Positions 8,864 through 16,792 of a stretch of DNA of 49,437 nt are shown piece after piece. The notes beneath the pieces are model-generated. The model saw only the letters and a list, made by a program, of their open reading frames with translations, had not been told where the DNA came from and made no database searches. The position numbers were made by a program, and so were the translations under genes. The DNA comes from Nitrospinota bacterium (GTDB lineage: Bacteria; UBA8248): the NCBI GenBank assembly GCA_009839615.1, contig VXPH01000185.1, forward strand, positions 1 through 49,437, read 5' to 3'. Positions within the stretch are counted from its first letter, which is position 1. Each line of letters starts with the position of its first letter.

Positions 8864-9376
8864 TCACTCCGTACCAGGCCAGGCCATGTCGTGAGCGTGG
8901 AGTATCTCGCGGAGTTTCGCGACGTTGATGAGTTCCATGGGAGCGCCTTCGGAGTATTTCTGCACCTCTTCGGTGAAGTACCCCGTCGATATGAGGATTC
9001 CCTTCAAGGCCCTTTCGGCGCGCACGGTGTCGGAGAGGCCGATGACCCGTATCGAACTCACGAAATCGCCCTCGGGCACGAGGATGCCGTGGATGATGTA
9101 GTCGCCCCCGAGAATGGGCGCGGGGTTGTGCGCGAGGATGTCGATTTCCTCCTCGTTGACCCAGTGAACCTCCACGATGCGCATGTTCATGCCTTCGAGC
9201 AGCTCGATGAGCATGCGCTCGAACGCCTGCGGCGAGATCTTGCGCAGGGACTCGATTTCCGAATCGTTTCTGGTTTGCTCCGCGTCCGCTTCGAGCGCGA
9301 TGTTCGAGGTCGTTCGCTTCACGAACAATATCGTGATGAACCCCAGGATGAGCGCGACGAAGATGAGCTCTAGCAT
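8864..9376 (-). CDS. Membrane-anchored Mrr-catalytic-domain (restriction endonuclease-like) protein
   Basis: N-terminal TM helix; ISPQAFERMLIELL, IDILA, KGILISTGYFT, MELIN...L match the Mrr_cat pattern; QxK motif appears replaced by IHG. Confidence 0.72.
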   Translation of the reverse strand: MLELIFVALILGFITILFVKRTTSNIALEADAEQTRNDSEIESLRKISPQAFERMLIELLEGMNMRIVEVHWVNEEEIDILAHNPAPILGGDYIIHGILVPEGDFVSSIRVIGLSDTVRAERALKGILISTGYFTEEVQKYSEGAPMELINVAKLREILHAHDMAWPGTE

Positions 9377-9491
9377 GTCGGCATCCGGAAGGAGGGTGAG
9401 CGGAAATGCGCCGCGCTGCGGCCGTTCATCAAGGATTCAAGAGTCCATGCAAAGGGGCGATTGACGTGGGGGTGAGTGAAGCCCAAGGCGC

Positions 9492-9659
9492 TTATCGGAT
9501 CATCTCGTCGTAGACGTCGTCTTTTTTCCCTTTCTTGATGAGCCTGTCGTGTCTGAGGCCCTGGGAGATGGCCAGCCAGACGAAAAACGCCACCAGGGGA
9601 ATCATGAACGCGATGGGGATGTTGTCGGGCTTCGTCAGAATGAGCAGGAAATTTTCCAT
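9492..9659 (-). CDS. 55-aa membrane peptide with KPDNIPI motif (probable cytochrome bc accessory fragment)
   Basis: AAGGA RBS before ATG 9659; MENFLLILTKPDNIPIAFMIPLVAFFVWLAISQGLRHDRLIKKGKKDDVYDEMIR. Confidence 0.7.
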   Translation of the reverse strand: MENFLLILTKPDNIPIAFMIPLVAFFVWLAISQGLRHDRLIKKGKKDDVYDEMIR

Positions 9660-9787
9660 CTCGAATCCTTTTTTCTCGAATTGGCGGTAAAAAAGCAACG
9701 TTGCTATTCTGACGCAATTCCGGGCCGAGGGCAAGAGAATCGAGAGTTTCGCTCCAGATTATGAGGGTATTTCTACGGTGAAACGCC

Positions 9788-9817
9788 TTGACAAAGCGCG
9801 CGAGGAATGGATATATC
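9788..9817 (+). promoter_or_regulatory. Possible sigma70 promoter for the ferredoxin
   Basis: TTGACA at 9788-9793, 18 nt, then TATATC. Confidence 0.4.
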
Positions 9818-9901
9818 TTTGGTATCGAGAGTATGTCGCCGGGATGTTGTTTCTACCGGCGGGTCGCCCATTGTGAATCGAGTTAGTAAAGAGGCGCAGA
9901 T

Positions 9902-10381
9902 ATGCCCCATTTCATCTTCGACGCTTGCATCGGGTGTTCGGTCTGCGAGCCCGTCTGCCCCACGAAGGCCATCACGGGCGAGCCGCGCGATATCTACATG
10001 ATCGACCCCACGCTCTGCATCGACTGCGGCGTGTGCGGCAAGTATTGTCCGGCTTTTGCGATTCAGGACGATACGGGCGACATCATCAAGAACATCAAGC
10101 ACAAGGAGATGCCCAAGGCTTTCGTGCTCGAGGAGAACTGCACGGGCTGCATCTGGTGCGTGGACGTCTGCCCGTTCGACTGCATCCGCATGGCGCCCTC
10201 CTCCGTGGAGCGCGACCACAGCGCGGTGGCCGTGGTGGATCAGTCCACGTGCGTCGGCTGCCGCCTGTGCGAGGAGATTTGCAACAAGGGGGCGATCATC
10301 GTGCCCAAGCACGAGGACGAGTCCGAATACATGACGCCGTTCATGCACGAATTCGTCACATCGCCGCTTCGCGCATATTAA
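9902..10381 (+). CDS. Polyferredoxin with four [4Fe-4S] motifs
   Basis: CIGCSVCEPVCP, CIDCGVCGKYCP, CTGCIWCVDVCP, CVGCRLCEEIC. Confidence 0.92.
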   Translation: MPHFIFDACIGCSVCEPVCPTKAITGEPRDIYMIDPTLCIDCGVCGKYCPAFAIQDDTGDIIKNIKHKEMPKAFVLEENCTGCIWCVDVCPFDCIRMAPSSVERDHSAVAVVDQSTCVGCRLCEEICNKGAIIVPKHEDESEYMTPFMHEFVTSPLRAY

Positions 10382-10399
10382 GACGAGAGATATCAGGAG

Positions 10400-10433
10400 A
10401 AGACTCCCCCGGCTCGGGGGAGTCTTTTTTTTT
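10400..10433 (+). terminator. Intrinsic terminator
   Basis: AAGACTCCCCCG-gct-CGGGGGAGTCTT followed by a run of T. Confidence 0.9.
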
Positions 10434-10444
10434 GAGCGAACTCC

Positions 10445-10473
10445 TTGACGCTATATGGGCGCTCAGGTAGCGT
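10445..10473 (+). promoter_or_regulatory. Sigma70 promoter of rel-nfi
   Basis: TTGACG-17 nt-TAGCGT immediately after the ferredoxin terminator. Confidence 0.55.
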
Positions 10474-10565
10474 TTCTTTTGCAAGAGGCCCTATATTCAT
10501 CGAGAGGGCCTGATTTTGCTCTTTTTCGTCATCAGGCCGAGCAAGTCGAATGAGGAGGAAAATCG

Positions 10566-12800
10566 TTGCCTCCAGTTTTGACGCCGCGCCCGCCCGCCCG
10601 GATCATGGACATCGTCGATCTGGTCGAGGAATACTCGCCCGACTGCTCGGATCTGCTCACCAAAGCCTATATCTTCACGGCGAAGGTCCATAAGGGACAA
10701 TCCCGCATTTCCGGCGAACCCTACATATCCCATCCATTGGAGGTGGCCCGGCTCCTGGCGGAGTTGCGCCAGGACCCCGAAACCGTATGCGCGGGGCTTC
10801 TCCACGACACCGTGGAGGACACCGCCACGACGCTGGGGGAAATTGACGGGCATTTCGGAAAAGACGTCGCCGAACTCGTGGACGGCGTCACGAAACTCGC
10901 CAAGATCGACGTTTCGAACACGCAGGTCCGCCAGGCGGAAAGCTACCGCAAGATGTTGATCGCCATGGCGAAGGATATTCGCGTCATCATCATCAAACTC
11001 GCGGACAGGCTCCACAATGCGCTGACGCTCCACCATCTCCCCCAGAAAAGCAGAGAGCGCATTGCGCGGGAGACGGCGGAAATATACGCCCCGCTCGCCA
11101 ATCGCATCGGCATCGGCTGGCTCAAGGGCGCGCTCGAGGACGTGGCGTTCAAACACCTGCATCCCAAGGAATTCCTGGAGATCGACGAGTCGCTCCGTGA
11201 CGGCCTCGAAGACCGCGAAGCGTATATGGAGCTCGTCATGGAGCAATTGAAGGAGAACCTCGAGGAATCCGGCATCGACGGCGCCGCGTCGGCGAGATTC
11301 AAGCTGCACTCCAGCATTTATGAGAAAATGCAGACGCAGAACCTCGATTTCCACCAGGTATACGACATCTGCGGCGTGAGAATCATCGTGGGCGACGTGC
11401 AGGATTGTTACGGGGTGCTGGGGGTTCTGCACTCGAAATGGACTCCCATCCCCGGACGCTTCAAGGATTACATCGCTCTCCCCAAGGCGAATCTGTACCA
11501 ATCTCTTCACACCACCGTCGTGGGGCCGGAGGGCCAGCGGGTGGAATTCCAGATTCGCACCCGGGAGATGCACCGGGTGGCGGAGGAGGGCATCGCCGCG
11601 CACTGGAAGTACAAGGAGGGCGATGAGGCCGACGACGGCATGGCCGACAAGTTCGAGTGGATCAGGAGAATCGTGGAAAGCCTGAATGAAGAATCCGACC
11701 CCAGGAATCTGGTCGACTCCGTGAAAGTCAATCTGTTTCAGGACGAGGTGTTCGTCTTTACGCCCCGGGGCGAGGTGAAGAGTCTCCCGCGCGGGGCGAC
11801 GCCGGTGGATTTCGCCTTCTCCATCCACACGGAGGTGGGGAGCCGTTGCGTGGGCGCCAAGGTGAACGGAAAAATCACGCCGCTGAGCACGCTGCTCGAG
11901 AACGGCGACATCATCGAGATCATCACGAACCCGCACCGAAAGCCCAGCGCCGACTGGCTGAAGTTCGTCGTCACCGCCCGGGCGAAGCAGAAAATCAGAA
12001 ACTGGATCAGGCAGGAACAAAAGGATCGCTCCCTCACGCTCGGCCAGGAATTGCTCGAACATGAGTTGGAGCGGTGCGTGGAGAAGAAGGAAGTCGCAAG
12101 GTACATGAAGCCCAAAGAGTTGAGAGAGGTGGCGCGATTCTTCGGGGCTCAAACAGATCGAGACGTATTGATATCGGTTGGTTTCGGGCGCGTGTCCGCG
12201 CGGCAGGTGGCGCACAAGCTGCTGCCCGAACAACTCGTGCGCGAGCGGGAGAAGCGGGAGAAGTCCCGTCTCAGGCGTCTCGTGAACCGCGTGAGCCGGC
12301 ACAAGAACAGGGCGGGGATACTCGTCAAGGGCCAGGACGACGTTTTGATTCGTTACGGGAAATGCTGCCAGCCGATTCCGGGCGACGGGATCGTGGGCTT
12401 CATCACGCGCGGACGCGGCGTGACGGTGCACAACGAGAGTTGTCCCAACATCAAGGCGTTGATGGATGATCAGGAGCGCCTGGTGGAAGTCGCCTGGGGC
12501 GAAGTCGACAAGAATCAGATGCACCTGGTGACGCTCGTCGTCGAGGCGCGCGACAGGCCGGGCGTGCTGGCGAGCCTGAGTGCCGATATCGCGACTTGTG
12601 ATACGAACATCTCGCGTGTCGAAGCCGAGACCGCCGGGAGCAGGGCGAAGATTCGCCTGGACGTGCAGGTGCGTGATCTGGCCCAGCTCAACGAAGTCCT
12701 CAAGAAGGTTCGCGGCGAAAAATACATCTTCTCCGTCAACCGCATCGCACCCGAGGTGGCCCCGCTCAAGGGTAAGGTTCCGCAGATTCCCATGGAATAG
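10566..12800 (+). CDS. rel: Bifunctional (p)ppGpp synthetase/hydrolase, long RSH with TGS and ACT domains
   Basis: HKGQSR.SGEPY..HP, intact HDTVED, KLADRLHN, RFKDYIA.PK.N.YQSLHT, EFQIRT, TGS (TPVDFAF.IHT), CC.PIPGD, ACT (DRPGVLA); GAGGAGG RBS with TTG start. Confidence 0.95.
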   Translation: MPPVLTPRPPARIMDIVDLVEEYSPDCSDLLTKAYIFTAKVHKGQSRISGEPYISHPLEVARLLAELRQDPETVCAGLLHDTVEDTATTLGEIDGHFGKDVAELVDGVTKLAKIDVSNTQVRQAESYRKMLIAMAKDIRVIIIKLADRLHNALTLHHLPQKSRERIARETAEIYAPLANRIGIGWLKGALEDVAFKHLHPKEFLEIDESLRDGLEDREAYMELVMEQLKENLEESGIDGAASARFKLHSSIYEKMQTQNLDFHQVYDICGVRIIVGDVQDCYGVLGVLHSKWTPIPGRFKDYIALPKANLYQSLHTTVVGPEGQRVEFQIRTREMHRVAEEGIAAHWKYKEGDEADDGMADKFEWIRRIVESLNEESDPRNLVDSVKVNLFQDEVFVFTPRGEVKSLPRGATPVDFAFSIHTEVGSRCVGAKVNGKITPLSTLLENGDIIEIITNPHRKPSADWLKFVVTARAKQKIRNWIRQEQKDRSLTLGQELLEHELERCVEKKEVARYMKPKELREVARFFGAQTDRDVLISVGFGRVSARQVAHKLLPEQLVREREKREKSRLRRLVNRVSRHKNRAGILVKGQDDVLIRYGKCCQPIPGDGIVGFITRGRGVTVHNESCPNIKALMDDQERLVEVAWGEVDKNQMHLVTLVVEARDRPGVLASLSADIATCDTNISRVEAETAGSRAKIRLDVQVRDLAQLNEVLKKVRGEKYIFSVNRIAPEVAPLKGKVPQIPME

Positions 12801-12906
12801 GACTCCCTCCCGCCGTTTTGGCGCAATGGCGCGCATCCCGGTTGTCTGAAACCCAAGGCGAATGACGCCGGAAACCTCCCGCCCCTCAAGAATCGATGAC
12901 GGATCA

Positions 12907-13596
12907 ATGACCGACTCGCTCCACCATTCCTGGGAGATCGCGCCCCCCGAAGCGGTTCGGGTCCAAAAGGCGCTCGCAAAACGTCTGGCCCTGCACCCGC
13001 TGTCCAACGTGCCGAGGACGATTGCGGGCGCCGATATCTCATGCGAGTGGCGCGGGCGATTCGGCGTCGGGGGGGTGGTCGTTTACTCCTGGCCGGATTT
13101 TCAACTCATCGACGAATCGTTCCACAGCGGAGAACTACGCTTTCCCTATGTACCGGGACTGCTCTCTTTCAGGGAAGGGTTTTTGCTCGAAAAAGCCTTT
13201 CTGGGCTTGAGGGAAAAACCCGACCTCGTCATCTTCGATGGGCAGGGCACGGCCCATCCCAGGGGACTCGGCATCGCCTCGCACCTGGGCCTCCGCCTGG
13301 GCGTGCCTTCCATCGGGTGCGCCAAGAGCCGCCTGTTCGGCGACGCGGCCGATCCGCCCGGGGAAGAAAAGGGGGATTGGCGATACCTGCGTTCACCCGA
13401 TGGGCGGGAGATAGGCGCGGTTCTCAGGACGAGGAGGGGTGTGAAGCCTGTCTACGTCTCTCCCGGCCACCTCATCGACATCGAAGACTCGGTTCGCTGG
13501 GTGCTTGCGGCCACTTCCCGATACCGCCTGCCCGAGGTGATTCGCGCCGCCCACAGGCGCGTGGGCGAGGAGCGGACGAGGCGAAAGATGAAATGA
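12907..13596 (+). CDS. nfi: Endonuclease V (deoxyinosine 3' endonuclease); start uncertain (12862 or 12907)
   Basis: AGADIS, FPYVPGLLSFRE, DGQGTAHPRGLGIASHLG, IGCAKS, PVYVSPGH, RYRLPE. Confidence 0.95.
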   Translation: MTDSLHHSWEIAPPEAVRVQKALAKRLALHPLSNVPRTIAGADISCEWRGRFGVGGVVVYSWPDFQLIDESFHSGELRFPYVPGLLSFREGFLLEKAFLGLREKPDLVIFDGQGTAHPRGLGIASHLGLRLGVPSIGCAKSRLFGDAADPPGEEKGDWRYLRSPDGREIGAVLRTRRGVKPVYVSPGHLIDIEDSVRWVLAATSRYRLPEVIRAAHRRVGEERTRRKMK

Positions 13597-13625
13597 AAAA
13601 GCGCCCCGGTAAGGGCGCTTCTTTT
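13596..13625. terminator. Probable bidirectional intrinsic terminator
   Basis: AAAAAGCGCCC-cggtaa-GGGCGCTTCTTTT between convergent nfi and cytochrome c genes. Confidence 0.8.
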
Positions 13626-13642
13626 GTGTGGAAATTTGAGGT

Positions 13643-16570
13643 CTAGCTCGGCGATGCGCCGCTGTCGGCCGCTTTGTCCTCGGCCTCTTTTTCGGATTTT
13701 TCGGTTTGAGGCGCTTCGTTTTTCGCGCTGGACTCAGTGGCTTTGAGGAAGTTCGTCTCGATCATCAGGTAATCGCGCATCGCGCGGATCTGCCGGTACG
13801 CATCTCCACCGAGGAGTTCCTCGTCGATGGGCTCGCCGTGGCTCTCTATCACCCCCTCCCCGATGGTTTTTCCGAGATCGACGGGCGAGGAGATGGTGAG
13901 CTTGTTCTCGTCGATGCCCGTCACCTTCACGCGTTGTGTTATGTCCCCGACTCGCAGGGTGGCGAACTGCTCTTCAGGCAACTCGGCTTCTTTTGTGGTC
14001 TCGAGTTCGTAGATGAACAGGTCGTCTTCCTTCTCTCCCTGGACGCCCTTCACGATTTCGGCCTCAGAACCCGCACCCTCGAAGAAGTTGGGCATCTTGG
14101 TTCCCGGCTGTATTCTGCCCGGGTATATCAGCCAGTCGACGACCCAGTCGGGACGCAGGCGCTCCTTGGTGAACAGCAGGTTCGGCGCCGTCGGTGGCTC
14201 CTGCCCCGGCGGTGGCGGCCATTCCCCGTGACAGGCGAGGCATTCGGCCATCGTGAAGAGTTGCTTTCCGGCTTTCAGGTTTTCCGCGCTCACGCTCTTG
14301 GCGTCGAAATGGATGTAGGGGTTCAGTTTCGAATCCAGCGCGGCGAAGTAATCCACGAGCGCCGCAGCGTCTTCATCGGGCATCTCGAAGCTGGGCATCC
14401 GCACCTTGAGCCACGGTCTCAGCGTCACGACATTGCGCAGGAAGCCGAAGAACCACTCGGGCTGCACCTTTCTGCCCTCGCCGTTCAGCAGGGGCGGGCC
14501 GTTCGTCTTGTCCTCGTAGCGCCTGAGCAGGTCGCCGCCCCAGTTCTCGATGACGTGGCAGCCGTTGCAGTTGTATTTCTCGATCATCCGTCGGCCGTTT
14601 TCGATTCGCCGGGCGCGGGTGTCGAGCACCTGATGGACGCTGTGCGGCGCGCCGTGCGGCGTCATGGAACGCAGCAGGGTGCGAATTGAGGAAACTTCGG
14701 GGTCCGAGAATTCGAAGTTGGGCATGAGCAGCGTTTCGCGCTCGGTTTGGTAGAGTTGCGGATTCTTCAGCTTGCCGAACGTCCACGCCTCCCAGGTGTG
14801 GGGCATGTCGACCACGTTGCCGAACGAGAGCTCGAACGGCTTTTTGGCCGCGAAGCGCGTGAGGTCCGGCCCGATTTTGGAGAGCTTCTCGGTGCCGGGG
14901 ATGACGTGGCAGCCGAAACAACCGCGCGTCGCCACGAGCTTCTTGCCGCGCTCAAAGGAGGCCTCATCGCCCAGCTTCCGGGGTTTGGGCCGCTTCGAGG
15001 CGGGCGTGAGGCTGACGAGATAAGCGGTGACGGCACTCGCTTCCTCATCCGTGAGGCGAAGGCTCGGCATCTTGGTGTCGTGCCAGTACGCCTTCGGATT
15101 TTTCAGCCACCGGAACAGCCAGTCGGGCTGGATCTTGGCGCCGATGTTCTGGAGCGCCGGTGCGAAGTCGCGGTTCCTGTACACGATGGGCCGGCCGTTC
15201 ACGCCCTCGAGCGGGGGGCCGAGTTCGAGGTCTTTTTCATCCCGGATGTGGCAACCCAGACACCCGACTTCTTCGAAAATGGATTTTCCTTTTTGAATCT
15301 GAGCGGCGTCGTCCAGATTCGGGGATTCGGCCGATTCCACCTTGCGCGGGCCCTGCCGCCAGACGTACGTGGCGATGTCCAGCGCTTCCTGGTCGGTGAA
15401 GCTGAAATACGGCATGCGTGTGCGCGGATTGTAGTCTTTTGGCTTCTTGACCCAGGAGACGAGCCAGGCGGGCGCCACCTTCTCTTGGATTCTCGAGAGG
15501 TCCGGCCCCACCTTGCGCAGGCCTTCCGTGCCCGGGAGGGTATGGCAGCCGTTGCAGCCCAGTTCCCGGGTGAGGGAGATGCCGCGCGAGATTTTGGGCG
15601 CCTCGGGGATGTTGAATATCTCGGTGTGGCAGCTTCTACACTTGGTTTGCGTTTCGCTGCCGTGCAGAAGGGGGTCTTCCCAGAATTGGACGTGGCCGTG
15701 GGCCGTATTGAGGCTGGTGACGGCCGTTCCCTGACCGCCGTGGCAAAGCGTGCAGCCGACCTTGTTGAATTCGTGCGTCGAGAGATACAGGCGCCTGTTG
15801 GGGTGCGTGCGAAACGGTTGGGGCGCATCCTCGAAGCCCGCCCTGTTGATCCCCAAGTGGCAGGTCTGGCACCGCTCCACCTTCATCACCGGCTCGTTGA
15901 AGTTGTTGCGCTCGTATTCGCGCAGGACGAGCTGGCTGATCTCATAGGGGCGGGCGGCGATGCCTTGCAGCCGCCGCTCCTGGAAGGAAATATCGCCCGC
16001 TACTTTCCGCCGCGTCGCCCGGAGCGTTTTGAGCTCTTTTTCCTTGGCCGCAATCTTCGCCTTTATCGCGTCCCTGGCGGCTTCGGCCTTCGCGGCGACG
16101 GGTGTTATCTCATCGAGCAGGGCCTTGGCCTCGTCGACTTCTTTTTGCTCGGCTTCCTTGTCATGTCCCTGCCGGATGGCTTCCTGGAGATAGAAGTAGG
16201 ACTGGTCGAAGAGCGCTTTTCTGAAGCCAAGCTCCTGCACCTGCTCGAAAGCGTCGAGTTCGCTCTTCGTGAGTTCTTCTTTGAGTTTCCTGAGCTCTTC
16301 GTCGCCCGCGAGCTTTTGTTCTTGCGCGGCGATTTTCTTGTCGAGTTCGGTGACCGCGGAGCCGGTGGTTTTCTTGAGTCTGGCGAGTTCCTTCTCTACC
16401 TGGGCCTTTTCATAGGCGTTGAACTGTTTCTGGTATTGCTTCCAGGGTCTGCGCGTGAACGCCTCGTCCCAGACGGTCCAGAACGTCACCGCGACCATCA
16501 AGAGGCCCAGGATGAAAAACGAGATAGGACTGGTTTTCTCTTCCGGAGGTTTGAAGTCTCGACCTTGCAT
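13643..16570 (-). CDS. Membrane-anchored octaheme cytochrome c with coiled-coil stalk (start 16570 or 16591)
   Basis: Eight CxxCH: CQTCH, CTLCH, CRSCH, CNGCH, CLGCH, CFGCH, CNGCH, CLACH; N-terminal TM plus RPWKQYQ and a long charged helical region; repeated GPDL...W...P....P.TxMP class-I cytochrome c modules. Confidence 0.92.
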   Translation of the reverse strand: MQGRDFKPPEEKTSPISFFILGLLMVAVTFWTVWDEAFTRRPWKQYQKQFNAYEKAQVEKELARLKKTTGSAVTELDKKIAAQEQKLAGDEELRKLKEELTKSELDAFEQVQELGFRKALFDQSYFYLQEAIRQGHDKEAEQKEVDEAKALLDEITPVAAKAEAARDAIKAKIAAKEKELKTLRATRRKVAGDISFQERRLQGIAARPYEISQLVLREYERNNFNEPVMKVERCQTCHLGINRAGFEDAPQPFRTHPNRRLYLSTHEFNKVGCTLCHGGQGTAVTSLNTAHGHVQFWEDPLLHGSETQTKCRSCHTEIFNIPEAPKISRGISLTRELGCNGCHTLPGTEGLRKVGPDLSRIQEKVAPAWLVSWVKKPKDYNPRTRMPYFSFTDQEALDIATYVWRQGPRKVESAESPNLDDAAQIQKGKSIFEEVGCLGCHIRDEKDLELGPPLEGVNGRPIVYRNRDFAPALQNIGAKIQPDWLFRWLKNPKAYWHDTKMPSLRLTDEEASAVTAYLVSLTPASKRPKPRKLGDEASFERGKKLVATRGCFGCHVIPGTEKLSKIGPDLTRFAAKKPFELSFGNVVDMPHTWEAWTFGKLKNPQLYQTERETLLMPNFEFSDPEVSSIRTLLRSMTPHGAPHSVHQVLDTRARRIENGRRMIEKYNCNGCHVIENWGGDLLRRYEDKTNGPPLLNGEGRKVQPEWFFGFLRNVVTLRPWLKVRMPSFEMPDEDAAALVDYFAALDSKLNPYIHFDAKSVSAENLKAGKQLFTMAECLACHGEWPPPPGQEPPTAPNLLFTKERLRPDWVVDWLIYPGRIQPGTKMPNFFEGAGSEAEIVKGVQGEKEDDLFIYELETTKEAELPEEQFATLRVGDITQRVKVTGIDENKLTISSPVDLGKTIGEGVIESHGEPIDEELLGGDAYRQIRAMRDYLMIETNFLKATESSAKNEAPQTEKSEKEAEDKAADSGASPS

Positions 16571-16638
16571 CTTGAAAAAACGCTCCCCCACCGGCGTTCT
16601 GAGCGGAAAATCCGGGTTTCTTGGCTAAAATCCGGCTG

Positions 16639-16667
16639 ATTATAGGTATGGGCATGGCGGGCGTCAA
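16639..16667 (-). promoter_or_regulatory. Near-consensus sigma70 promoter of the octaheme cytochrome
   Basis: Minus strand TTGACG (16667-16662)-17 nt-TATAAT (16644-16639). Confidence 0.8.
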
Positions 16668-16792
16668 CTGCGGGGCGGATAGTTTCGGCTTCGGGCGATT
16701 CCGCCTGTATGCGGGGAGAATATGCTGAAAATAGGAGGTGGTTCACGAAGAGAATAGCGGGCGTTCACGCCCCGCGTTCGTCTTTCCTCCAG

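Noticed and set aside
10497-13007. 836-aa minus-strand ORF
   Set aside because: Antisense shadow of rel; no motifs; long shadow ORFs are expected with GC-rich codon usage
8864-13596. Defence island (Mrr-like + endonuclease V + RSH)
   Set aside because: rel and nfi are ordinary full-length housekeeping genes and the Mrr-like protein appears inactive; no clustering of defence genes
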